From Bacillota bacterium (GTDB lineage Bacteria; Bacillota; SHA-98; UBA4971): a stretch of 64,000 nucleotides of DNA. The stretch lies in the NCBI GenBank assembly GCA_014360195.1, contig JACIXY010000002.1, forward strand, positions 5,986 to 69,985, read 5' to 3'. Position 1 is the first letter of the stretch. The number at the start of each line of letters is the position of its first letter. The notes beneath the pieces were generated by a model, which saw only the letters and a program-made list of their open reading frames with translations, ran no database searches and was not told the origin of the DNA. Of the stretch, positions 49,822 to 59,270 are shown one piece after another. A program made the translations under genes and the position numbers.

Positions 49822-52497
49822 TCACCGCGCGTGGCCCGGCAGGCTACGAATCCACCTCGAGATATCTGTTGAACCTTCCTCTCGCCACGCCTTGTCCATC
49901 GCGGCGAGGGATGCAAAGTAGGGGCTGGGTCCGCGGAGTCTTCCATTGTTGGTCTTATGCCCGCTCAGGAAGAGCGCTCTCCTTGCCCTGGTTATCGCGA
50001 CGTAAAACACCCGGCGCTCCTCTGCCTCCTTGTTCTCCCGCACCGCGGGGTATGAGGGGAACTCGTACTCCGATAGACCGGCCACGAACACGATGTCGAA
50101 CTCAAGCCCCTTCGCCTGATGCACGGTGAGCACCCGCACGCGCTCATCATCCGGGTCCAGGCGGTCCACGTTCCTCGCGAGGGCCACGAAGCCAAGGATC
50201 GACTCGAGGCAGGACAGGGCGTCGAGCTCAGCGGAATCGCGGTCCTTGAAGACCCGGCAAAGCTCCTCGAGGTTCGCCAGGCGCCGCGCGCTCTGAGGAT
50301 CCTTGCTGTAATAGACTCGCAGGCCCGATCTGTCGAGCACCCGGTCCAGCAACTCAGGGGGTCGCAGCTGACCCAGATCCTTGCGCAGTTCAGCCACCTC
50401 CTGCGCCAGAGGGGCGAACGCGGCGGCTGAGTCCCGCACCACGCGCGCCCTCTCGGCGGCCGTCGCACTCACGAGCGGCGCGAGGCGAGCGATCAGGCCG
50501 CAGGTTGCCGCAACGTCGTCCGGCGCCCGGTGCGTGGGCCAAGTCGCCAGATCGAACCTCCGTGCCAGCGCTTCGAGGGAGAAGTCATCCCCGTCCAGGA
50601 ACCGCCGGGCCATCTCGAGGGTATCCACGTATTCAGGGACGTCCACCCGGACCCCCAGGCGCCGCCCGTACGCCGCCAGCATGCGCGCGTCGAAGCTCAC
50701 ATTGTGGCCGGCGAGCAAGCTGCCCGACGCGAAGCGGCCGAACTCCTCCAGCACACGTCGCGGCTCCTCGCCGTTTGCGTCGAGGAACGAATCGGCGAGA
50801 CCATGGATCCTTTCGGACTCCCCCACGCTCACCGTGTTGCGCAGATAACGGTGGAACCGCTCGGTCGGCTTGCCCCGTTCGAGGCGGACAGCCGCCAGCT
50901 CCACGATCTCGTCCACGCCCGGATTGAGCCCGGTGGTCTCCGTGTCGAACACCGTGATGGCGCCGTCCCTGAGCGCGTCGAGAAACCTCCCGAAAGGGTC
51001 TCCCGTCGCGCGAGTCGACGGAGCCACCATGTCCACGAGGCGCAGGCCAAGCCGCTCTGCGCCGAGGATCCGGGAAATGGTCCGGTCGCCTATGTTGCGC
51101 GGCGGGCGCTGCAGGATGCGCCGGAAGCTCCGGCAGTCCGCAGGGCTGCACAGGAACCGCAGGTATGCTATAACATCCTTGACCTCTTGACGTCGGAAGA
51201 ACTCGTACGTCTCTACAGTGAGGTGAGGGATGCCTTCCTCTTCAAACGCTTTCGAGATAGCGGCTCCCCGAGTGTTGGTGCGGGTGAGCACACCTATGCG
51301 GCCGTATGGGACACGGCCGACGCCGCGGCCCGCCCCGTCGTTTACGAGATTCCGAATCTTGCGCGCGATCCAACGCGCCTCAGCCTCGCTGTCGCGCGCG
51401 AAATGGACGGTCACAGGGTCGCCAGGCTCCGCCGCGGGACCCGGTCGCAGCGTAGTGTGCCGGCTGTACTGCCGTGCGACGCACCCCGCGAGATGCACGA
51501 GTACACGCGTGGCGCGGTGGTTTTCGGTGAACGAAAACTCCCGGGCGCCCGGAAAGTCCATGCGGAAGCTGCGCAGCACCTTCTCAGGTACGGACCCCCG
51601 CCATTCGTAGATGGTCTGGTCGAAATCGCCTGCAAGAACGAGGTTCTTGGAACGTCGAGCCAACGCCCGCACGATCTCGTATTCCGAGAAGTGAGTGTCC
51701 TGCATCTCGTCCACCTGGACCATGGAGAAGCGCTCCTCCCAGCGGCCGCGGATAGCGGGATCGAGCGCCAGCATCGCGCGGGTGAAGTAGATGAGATCGC
51801 CGAAGTCGAGGGCATGGTTGGAGGCAAGCTCGCGCTGGTACGCAACGGCGAGCCCACGGTAGCCCGGGAGGAGGCGCCCGAGGACCTTGTCGGACACCGT
51901 CCTCATCGAGAGCGCCGTGTGAGGCGCCTCGCTTTTGGCCCGTTCAATGCTATCATAGAGATCGGACACCTTAGGCTCGCGGTCGAAGCGTCTTTGCAGT
52001 GCGGGGGCGGCCTGGACCGGGCCTCGCCCCCAGGGAGCGGCGGCGTCCCCGGCCCGTCTGAGGATGGAGCGCAGGATCTCGGTGGAGTCCTCGTCATCGA
52101 AGATGGTGAAGTCCGAGGGAAGCCCGATTTGTTTTGCCTCCAGCCGAAGCATCCATGCGCACAACCCGTGAAAGGTGCGGACCACGACCTTCCTCGCCCG
52201 GTCGCCGCAATGGACGGCGATGCGCTGCCGTAGCTCCTCCGCGGCGCGGTTCGTGAACGTCAGGCAGAGGATACGCGACGGCTCCACCCCACGCCGGATC
52301 GCCTCGGCCGCCCGCTCCGCCAGCGCAAGGGTCTTGCCTGTTCCGACGGGAGCGTGGAGCACCGCGCAGCCCTCCTGAAACTCGACAAAGCTGCGCTGTT
52401 CATCGTCAAGCTCGATGTCTCCTGGCCCGCTACGCCCTGCTGCCGCGGCCGCTGCACCTCTCGCCAGACCCCTCTCGGGCACCCCTTGACCCGTCAC
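49822..52497 (-). CDS. UvrD/PcrA-like SF1 helicase with inserted DEDDh (DnaQ-like) 3'-5' exonuclease
   Basis: APVGTGKT, LTFTNRAA, VDEMQD, GDFDQTIYEWRGS, TVHQAKGLEF, YVAITRAR; Exo motifs FDTETTG, HNVSFD, HRAPDD. Confidence 0.9.
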   Translation of the reverse strand: MTGQGVPERGLARGAAAAAAGRSGPGDIELDDEQRSFVEFQEGCAVLHAPVGTGKTLALAERAAEAIRRGVEPSRILCLTFTNRAAEELRQRIAVHCGDRARKVVVRTFHGLCAWMLRLEAKQIGLPSDFTIFDDEDSTEILRSILRRAGDAAAPWGRGPVQAAPALQRRFDREPKVSDLYDSIERAKSEAPHTALSMRTVSDKVLGRLLPGYRGLAVAYQRELASNHALDFGDLIYFTRAMLALDPAIRGRWEERFSMVQVDEMQDTHFSEYEIVRALARRSKNLVLAGDFDQTIYEWRGSVPEKVLRSFRMDFPGAREFSFTENHRATRVLVHLAGCVARQYSRHTTLRPGPAAEPGDPVTVHFARDSEAEARWIARKIRNLVNDGAGRGVGRVPYGRIGVLTRTNTRGAAISKAFEEEGIPHLTVETYEFFRRQEVKDVIAYLRFLCSPADCRSFRRILQRPPRNIGDRTISRILGAERLGLRLVDMVAPSTRATGDPFGRFLDALRDGAITVFDTETTGLNPGVDEIVELAAVRLERGKPTERFHRYLRNTVSVGESERIHGLADSFLDANGEEPRRVLEEFGRFASGSLLAGHNVSFDARMLAAYGRRLGVRVDVPEYVDTLEMARRFLDGDDFSLEALARRFDLATWPTHRAPDDVAATCGLIARLAPLVSATAAERARVVRDSAAAFAPLAQEVAELRKDLGQLRPPELLDRVLDRSGLRVYYSKDPQSARRLANLEELCRVFKDRDSAELDALSCLESILGFVALARNVDRLDPDDERVRVLTVHQAKGLEFDIVFVAGLSEYEFPSYPAVRENKEAEERRVFYVAITRARRALFLSGHKTNNGRLRGPSPYFASLAAMDKAWREEGSTDISRWIRSLPGHAR

Positions 52498-52633
52498 CTG
52501 TCAGTGCCACCTCCGGCATGCCCCGGCCATGGTTGAAGCCGGGGCCCATCCCATCAGCGGAAATTGGCTTTGGTGGATAACTTCGACGGACCCTGGAGCT
52601 ATCCTTCCATGGCAGGAGGAATCTGTCTATGAC

Positions 52634-52678
52634 GCACGGCGCGTCCGGGGCTTCGTGGTGGCATCGGCGAGGCTGGTG
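52634..52678 (+). repeat. 45-bp direct repeat, right copy
   Basis: 40/45 identical to 48717-48761. Confidence 0.8.
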
Positions 52679-52768
52679 GTGGGTGTATCTGCATATCTTC
52701 CAACGGGGCAGGCCCCACCCCTGCAGCCCACTGTGTTCTGAGATTAGCTTCTAGCTGCATGAAAAGGA

Positions 52769-52808
52769 AAATGGACAACGGTTGGACAATACCAGCCGTT
52801 GTCCATTT
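52769..52808 (-). terminator. Terminator after tRNA-His
   Basis: AATGGACAACGG...CCGTTGTCCATT stem, followed by a T-rich tract on the minus strand. Confidence 0.75.
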
Positions 52809-52844
52809 GCGTTTTCCCAGCGTACAGGCCGTATAATAATAAGA

Positions 52845-52921
52845 TGGGGTGGATGATGGGATTCGAACCCACAGCCTCTGGAGCCACAGTCCAGCGCTCT
52901 CACCATTGAGCTACATCCACC
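52845..52921 (-). tRNA. tRNA-His (GUG)
   Basis: Cloverleaf: G-1, acceptor GTGGATG/CATCCAC, anticodon arm CTGGA-CTGTGGC-TCCAG, GGTTCGAATCC, C73 plus encoded CCA. Confidence 0.97.
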
Positions 52922-53015
52922 ACAACAAATCTTCAGTTTTCCGTGTACCCCGCAGCCATCCTACAGCTAATGGCCACCCCGGGCCAGATCCCATGTTCCA
53001 GCTCGAGACACTCAG

Positions 53016-53044
53016 AGGATACCACATCAACGCGCAAGCGTCAA
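53016..53044 (-). promoter_or_regulatory. sigmaA promoter for tRNA-His
   Basis: TTGACG-N17-TATCCT with extended TG. Confidence 0.7.
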
Positions 53045-53198
53045 GACTGTGCTCGCCGCCGGGTGCGTGTGACGATTGTGGTGCGCAAAGCCTGCGACCC
53101 CGGGGTGACCGCAAGCGCGCTGTCCAACTCCAGCCCCTCTTACGGGATCTTGCGTGCGGGTCGAGGCGTCGTTCACGACGACGGGACGAGGCGACGAA

Positions 53199-53237
53199 AT
53201 GAAGAGATGAGAGATGAAGAGATGAAGAGATGAAGAT
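53199..53237. repeat. Octamer microsatellite (ATGAAGAG), about 5 units
   Basis: ATGAAGAG ATGAGAG ATGAAGAG ATGAAGAG ATGAAGAT. Confidence 0.85.
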
Positions 53238-53714
53238 TAGTTGCCACCTGCCGCGCTCCTTCTGGTCGATTCGTGACCATCCTGTCGCACCCGCGGTTCC
53301 AGGTGGTGAAAATCCGTCCACTCTCGGGGATCAAGCTGGTAGGTTCCTTACCATTTGGCCGTCGAGTAAAGTAACCCGTCGCCCCCACGTAAGGGGAATC
53401 ACGGTCGCGCGGCGGGTCGTCAAGTTTCCCATAAACGGCAGGTGGGACGGGTTCTGGCAGAGGAGGAGGCAAAAGGCGTTGTCAGGTAACCAAGTCGTGG
53501 CATCGCCCGCAGTCGTGGCATTGCCCGGAAAAGTAGGCTGACATGCCGCCGCCTAGGAAGAGGTGGTAACCCTCAGGCGCCACAATCGCAACATCCCCCG
53601 CCGCGTGCGTTTTGCCGCCCTTGCCCCTTGCCGTTTGGCTTACCAGGCATCATGGCATGGACCGCCGCCCGGCGCAACCCCGCCGCCCCGGGTGAAGGCA
53701 AGGGTGCCAGGATG

Positions 53715-54542
53715 TCATCCCTTGAGCGCGCCGGCGAGAAGCCCCCGGATGAAATAGCGCCCCAAGAGCACGTAGACCACAACAGTGGGCAGGGCCGCCA
53801 GCACGGACCCCGCCATGGGCAGGTTCCAAGACACGGCCTGCCCGCCCGCCAGGTTCGCGAGGGCCACGGTTATGGGCTGATAGGCCGGCCGCGCCAGGGT
53901 CACGGCGAAGAGGAACTCGTTCCAGATCTGCGTGAACTGCCAGATGGCTACCACCAGGAAGGGCGGGCCCGAGAGCGGCAGGACGAGCCACCTGTATATG
54001 CCGAAGAAATCCGCCCCGTCAATGAACGCGGCCCCGAGAAGCTCGTCGGGGATCTCTGCGTAGAAGCTGCGGAAAAGCAGGGTGGTTATGGGCAGGCCGT
54101 AGACGACGTGCACCAGCACGAGGCCGGGAAGGCCCCCATACAGACCGATCCGACGCATGAACTGGAACAGTGGAACGAGGATGCTCTGGTAAGGTATGAA
54201 CATGCCGAAAACCACAAGTGGCAGCACAAGGCGGGCGCCCGGGAACTCCCATTTACACAGCACGTACCCATTGATCGAGCCGAGCGCCGCCGAGAGAATC
54301 GTGGCGCTGATGGCAAGGACGACGCTGTTCTTGAGCGACGAAGCGAACTTGCTGACCGCCGTCGCGTAGCTCGCCCAGTACGGGTGTGCCGGGGGTTTCC
54401 ACGCTGTCATGAGGTTTATGTCGGCCGGCGCTTTCAAGCTTGTAATGAGTGTAAGGTACACCGGGATGAGATAAACCACCGCGAGGAGTATGAGGAGAGC
54501 CTGTAAGAACCATCTACTTATTCTTGCGCCGCGCTGGTACAT
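53715..54542 (-). CDS. Carbohydrate ABC transporter permease (MalG type)
   Basis: Multi-[19 protein letters not shown] loop, [10 protein letters not shown]. Confidence 0.93.
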   Translation of the reverse strand: MYQRGARISRWFLQALLILLAVVYLIPVYLTLITSLKAPADINLMTAWKPPAHPYWASYATAVSKFASSLKNSVVLAISATILSAALGSINGYVLCKWEFPGARLVLPLVVFGMFIPYQSILVPLFQFMRRIGLYGGLPGLVLVHVVYGLPITTLLFRSFYAEIPDELLGAAFIDGADFFGIYRWLVLPLSGPPFLVVAIWQFTQIWNEFLFAVTLARPAYQPITVALANLAGGQAVSWNLPMAGSVLAALPTVVVYVLLGRYFIRGLLAGALKG

Positions 54543-54549
54543 AGCTTGC

Positions 54550-55662
54550 TCAAGCCCTCCCCGTCCGGAACGATGCAAGCAGGTAGGGGACTATCAACAA
54601 AGACACCATGACGAGCAGAATGACCGCGATGGACGCCCCCTTCGCAAGCTCGTTCCCGCGGAACGTCGTCAGAAACATGAGAATGGCCGGGACGCTTGTG
54701 GGCGCGTTGTCGGGACCCGCCATGGCAAAGACGAGGTCGAAGATTTTGAGGGCGATGTGCCCGAGCACGATTATGGCGCTCCACGTGATGGGAGCGAGGA
54801 GCGGAAGCTCCACATAGCGGTACACCTGCAGCGTGCTTGCCCCGTCCACTCGCGCCGCCTCGCGCAGCTCGTCGGGGATGGTCCGCAACCCAGCGAGATA
54901 TAGCGCCATGGTGTACCCGGACATCTGCCACGTAGCCGCTATGACCACGCCGATGAGCGCCAGGTTAAAGCCATGAGGCTCTTGAAAGGGCAGGGTCTGC
55001 AACTGCGTCGCCCCTCCTGCCAGGGCCCATGCCAGCAGCACCAGGCCTGGTAACCCCGTGAGCGCGGCCGCCCGGAAACGCCGCCGTGCGGCGGACCATA
55101 GCCCCCAGGCAACGAGCACGAGAGCCGCACCCAGCACCACAAAGTAAGGTAACGTCTGCCAGTTGAACTGGAGGACCTGATCCCGACTGCTGAGCCACAG
55201 AAAGCTCGCAGGCGGCAAGCCGACCAGCGAAGGAAGCACGTTCACGCCGCCCCGGGGCTGAAGAAGCCAGCGCCAGATAGTGCCGGTAACGATGAACGAC
55301 AGCGACATGGGGAACAAAAAGATCGTGCGAAAGACCGCCTCACCTCGGATGCGCTGGTCCAGCATAGTGGCGAGAAAGAGGCCGAGCGCAAGCGAGGCTG
55401 CGACGAACATCACAGTGAAGAAGACCATGTTTACGAGGTCCTGTCGAAAGCGGACGTTGAGGAACCCTGTGAAGAGCTCACGGTAATTGTACGCTCCCAC
55501 GAAGTGTATCTCGGGTTTCAGCGCAAGGGCGGCCCCCTGCCCCCAGTCGGTGAGCGAGATGTACACCGTCTGTGCGATGAAGCCGTACACGAACACGGCC
55601 AGGAGAGCGAGAGATGGTAATACAACAAGTATGGCCATGATCTGGTCGCGCCTGGACCGCAC
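54550..55662 (-). CDS. Carbohydrate ABC transporter permease (MalF type)
   Basis: Multi-[20 protein letters not shown]. Confidence 0.93.
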   Translation of the reverse strand: MRSRRDQIMAILVVLPSLALLAVFVYGFIAQTVYISLTDWGQGAALALKPEIHFVGAYNYRELFTGFLNVRFRQDLVNMVFFTVMFVAASLALGLFLATMLDQRIRGEAVFRTIFLFPMSLSFIVTGTIWRWLLQPRGGVNVLPSLVGLPPASFLWLSSRDQVLQFNWQTLPYFVVLGAALVLVAWGLWSAARRRFRAAALTGLPGLVLLAWALAGGATQLQTLPFQEPHGFNLALIGVVIAATWQMSGYTMALYLAGLRTIPDELREAARVDGASTLQVYRYVELPLLAPITWSAIIVLGHIALKIFDLVFAMAGPDNAPTSVPAILMFLTTFRGNELAKGASIAVILLVMVSLLIVPYLLASFRTGRA

Positions 55663-55828
55663 CGACCCCACCCCTTTCCGACCTGACCCATGGCCATGCA
55701 CCTCGAAGCATGGCAGGGCCAAGACCGCAGCACCCAGCACATCCCGGGTATCCTGCGGGCCCGCCGCGTCCAGGACGTCCAGAAACCTGGCCGCGTCAAG
55801 GAACCTGGCGGCGGGCCCTCCTTCTGCC

Positions 55829-57091
55829 CTAACGACCTATGCCAGCCTGGATAGCGATCGCCTGGGCCGCGTTCGCCGCCGCCTCGGGGTTGCGGCTGTT
55901 GAGGAAGATCTCCATGACCGTTGCAAAGTCGTTCATGAACCGCTCATTGGCAACCACTCCGTGGACAAGGCTGCCCACGATGGCGTTGGTCCTCCAGTCC
56001 TTCGCAGCGCTCTGAAGATAAGCGTTGTACTTGGACAGGTCGCTATCCACGCGTGCGCTGATGGACCCCTTGAGCGGGTTGAAGGTGTCCTGGGCCTCCT
56101 TGCTTCCGAGCATCCTCAGCCACGCGAGGGTGTTCTCGCGGTGCGGAGCGCCCACTGGCAGCCCAAAGGAGTCGGACAGCATCATGAATACGCCGGAGGT
56201 GCCAGGTGCAGGTGCCCAGCCGAAGTCCTTACCAGGCTGCAGCTTGAGGGTAGTGGCCATGTAGCCCGCCGCCCAGTCGCCCATGACGTTGAATGCGGCC
56301 TGGCCTTTCACTACCATGTCGGTAGCCTGCTGCCAGGAGAGGGACGGAGCGTCCTGGTTGGTGTACTCGAGCACCTTCCCGAACGTCTTCCAGGCCCCCA
56401 CAACCTCAGGGCTCTTCCACGACAGCTTGCCCTGCCAGAGGGCCTCCCACTTGTCTTTGCCAAGGCACGCAAGGGCAACGCTTTCCCAGAGGTGCGAAGC
56501 AGTCCAGTTCTCGCCAAGGGCCAGCGGGACGATGCCCTTCGCCTTGAGCGTCGGGGCGATGGCAAGGAACTCGTCCCACGTGGCTGGCACCTTCACGCCC
56601 CACTTCTTGAGGTTGTCCGGCACATACCAGAGTACATTGGACCTGTGGATGTTGACCGGTACGGACCAGATGCCGCGGTCGGTGCTGAGGAGTTTCAGGA
56701 GCCCCTCAGGGAAGGCCGACTTCCAGCCTTCCTTCGCGTAGAGGTCGCTGAGGTCCTCCATGCGCCCGGCCACGACCCACGTCCCGATGAGCTCCTGCCC
56801 CGCATGGACCTGGAAGGTGTCTGGCGGTTCGCCGCCCAGCATGCGGGTCTTGAGGACGGCTTTCGCGTTCACCCCGGCTCCGCCGGTGACTGTGGAGTTG
56901 ATGACCTGGACGCCAGGATGCTGCTTCTCGTAGAGCTCGATGAGCGCCTGCAGCGCGGGCCCCTCGTCTCCCGCCCACCAGGAGAAGATCTCGAGCTTGC
57001 CGCTGAGGGGAGCTGAGGTTGCCGCGGCGCCCAGGCACGCAACCAGGGTTACGCTAACCACCAGAACAGCGAGCCACTTCGATGTCCTCAT
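55829..57091 (-). CDS. Glucose/mannose ABC transporter substrate-binding protein
   Basis: [43 protein letters not shown]: strongly resembles Thermus thermophilus glucose-binding protein (from recall). Confidence 0.88.
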   Translation of the reverse strand: MRTSKWLAVLVVSVTLVACLGAAATSAPLSGKLEIFSWWAGDEGPALQALIELYEKQHPGVQVINSTVTGGAGVNAKAVLKTRMLGGEPPDTFQVHAGQELIGTWVVAGRMEDLSDLYAKEGWKSAFPEGLLKLLSTDRGIWSVPVNIHRSNVLWYVPDNLKKWGVKVPATWDEFLAIAPTLKAKGIVPLALGENWTASHLWESVALACLGKDKWEALWQGKLSWKSPEVVGAWKTFGKVLEYTNQDAPSLSWQQATDMVVKGQAAFNVMGDWAAGYMATTLKLQPGKDFGWAPAPGTSGVFMMLSDSFGLPVGAPHRENTLAWLRMLGSKEAQDTFNPLKGSISARVDSDLSKYNAYLQSAAKDWRTNAIVGSLVHGVVANERFMNDFATVMEIFLNSRNPEAAANAAQAIAIQAGIGR

Positions 57092-57879
57092 CTCTATCCC
57101 TCCTGACGAAATGGTATCCGGGAGCAACTCTCTGTCCACACTCGCGCCAGTTCAAGCTACGCAAGTCCTGCAAGTCCTGGAGATTCCACCGGCCCGGGCT
57201 ACCCAGGTTCGCCCGTGGCCGCTGGCCTCCCCCGCCTGATACCACCCCCTTCAGAAGCACTCCATTTCGCTCCAGCCCATACGGCCGGCGCTCAGACAGG
57301 CGCCTCAAGCTGCTAGCATTTCGCCCGACCGGCGTTCCGACACGCCCGGCTGACAGCACGGCCGAGATTAATCCAGTCCAGGCCGAGCCAGGTCGGGCGC
57401 AGTCCGTCCCAGTGCTCTGGCCTTACCCGCGCCCTCGAAGGGTGCTTCAGAGACTCTACTGAAGCCCGGGAGCAGCACCCTTAGATCACCGATCCCCAGC
57501 GTGGTGACGTAAGGGTTGGCTGGGTTGCGCGGTAAGGCTGGCTTTGGAGCATCCTTCCAGCTTGCTTCATTCAGGGTGTGAATAAAGGCGAGCTAGCCTT
57601 CAGTTTGCTCATGGGGCATCCAGGTAACTGGGGTAATCCCGCCCTGGACCTGCTGTTGCCCCTCACCTGCTTATGGGCGCCCTTCCTGGCCCTTTCACTT
57701 GACGGACCATGTTCCCGGAGCTGGAATGTTACTCCGCTACCCAGCCTGTACTTTCTACACTTATCGAACAACTCCTCCTCGCACCACCACGCGGCTCCGC
57801 CTCGTCAGCGGGCCCAGGTTACGCCCGCGCCCTATGCCCTATGAAGGGATCTTTCTTATAGGCACCGCAGAGTCATCCA

Positions 57880-58006
57880 CTAAGTGAGGGTGCAGAAATG
57901 CTCCCGGTTTATCGGAGGGGTTGCCGGTGACTCAGAGAGAAAATGCAACACCGGCAAGCCGGCAACTGCTGGAAAAGGGGGCGAAAACTAACGCACCCTC
58001 ACTCAG
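57880..58006 (+). repeat. Modular palindromic MITE-like repeat, copy 7 (most intact short copy)
   Basis: Terminal IR CTAAGTGAGGGTGC / GCACCCTCACTCAG (13/14); internal IR TTGCCGGTG / CACCGGCAA. Confidence 0.9.
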
Positions 58007-58104
58007 GAGGCAGCTCCGGTACCGGCGGTACGCACCTGCCCGCTCGGCAGCAACAATGGCTGCATGGGGCGCTGCCATGGCCGGGAAGTCCGCGACGACA
58101 CCCT

Positions 58105-58595
58105 CCTGCCTGTCGCCCCGCATCACCGCAAAGGACGCTCCCGAGAAGACGCAGCGCCCGTCGAAGAACTTGCTGACGTCGCTCGCAGCCACCACACGAC
58201 GGCCCGACTTCCCGTCCGATCTCAACTGAAGCCGGATGGCCGGGTCGGCTTGCGGGCGATCGACCCGCTCCGCCTCCAGGCGCTCGAGTCTCCTGATGGT
58301 CGCCCTCGCGCGCCCAGCAAGCTTTTCGGCCCTATGGCGGTAGAACACGTCGGAGGCCCAGGTCTCGGTGTTCTTCTCCGCGTCGCGGTGAGCGCGGCGG
58401 AACCACTCCATCTGCCTCGCTATCATCTCCCTGAGTTTCCTGGATTGCTTCGCCTGTTCCAGGTATACACGCATCCGGCGCTCGAACCGTTCCTCCACGG
58501 CCTTTCTATATGCTGCGTAGCTGCCTGGGAACGATTGAGCGCCGCCCGGCCCGAGCGCGATGACCCTGGACACCGTTGGAGGGAACGCGGGGTGA
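58105..58595 (-). pseudogene. Internal fragment of an ABC-F (ribosome-associated) ATPase
   Basis: Degenerate SHDR-like region, FPGSYAAY, coiled-coil linker, start of a second ABC domain (DVSKFFDGRCVFSGASFAVMRGDR); both Walker A motifs missing; boundaries approximate. Confidence 0.7.
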
Positions 58596-58719
58596 GTCGG
58601 AGGGCAGGAGTCAGGTTCCGGGCCGCCACTACGGTGTCGGAGCCGCAAAACCCCATTGCATGCCGGGCAAAGAATGGTACAATTGAGATAGTAGACAATG
58701 AGGAACGGGAGGTGCGCTC

Positions 58720-58968
58720 GTGCCTGTTCTCAGTGCTTTCGTAACAGCCGCCATGCACGAAGCCCGATACAGGCTCCTCGATGACGGAACAACATACGGT
58801 GAAATCCCGTCGTGCCCTGGCGTGTGGGCCAACGAGCCTACTCTTGAGAAGTGCAGAGAGGTCCTTCAGGAGGTCCTGGAGGAATGGCTCGTACTGAAGC
58901 TTCGGGACGGCGACCGGCTGCCCAGGCTGGGCGGCGTGGACTTAAACACAGTGGTGGCCCACGCATGA
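58720..58968 (+). CDS. hicB: HicB family antitoxin
   Basis: YGEIPSCPGVWA..TLEKCREVLQEVLEEW. Confidence 0.88.
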   Translation: MPVLSAFVTAAMHEARYRLLDDGTTYGEIPSCPGVWANEPTLEKCREVLQEVLEEWLVLKLRDGDRLPRLGGVDLNTVVAHA

Positions 58969-59181
58969 GCCGGCCTATCTCTCGCCTTGAGCTCGTCCGC
59001 CCTCTTCGGCGTCTTGGCTTCGAAGGACCGTTCTCTGGCGGGAAGCACTCATTCATGCGCAAAGGTGACCTAAAAGCTCAGGATCCCCAATCCTCATGGT
59101 GAAGATGTCGGTGTGGCGCTTCTCAAGGAAATACTTAAACAGGCAGGCATCACCGACGAGCAGTGGAGAGGGACCGAGTAG
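58965..59181 (+). pseudogene. hicA: HicA family toxin, frameshifted
   Basis: ISRLELVRPLRRLGF..GGKH then, in a shifted frame, LRIPNPHGEDVGVALLKEILKQAGI; the span is 217 nt, with one extra A in the run at 59072-59075. Confidence 0.85.
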
Positions 59182-59270
59182 CTGAGTCCGCTGTAGGTCT
59201 GGTTAGGCTCCAGGTGTCCAAGGGGACAGCGTTGTGTTCGCGTACCTGCCCGCCGGACACTGTGCGCTAG

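Noticed and set aside
52845..52870. tRNA-His 3' end as att site of a prophage or ICE
   Set aside because: No duplicated tRNA 3' segment and no integrase seen in the window
53173..53541. ORFs of about 100 aa on both strands between tRNA-His and the ABC permease
   Set aside because: No recognisable domain; they overlap simple repeats
57571..57844. Short ORFs upstream of the sugar-binding protein
   Set aside because: Poor RBS spacing and non-protein-like composition
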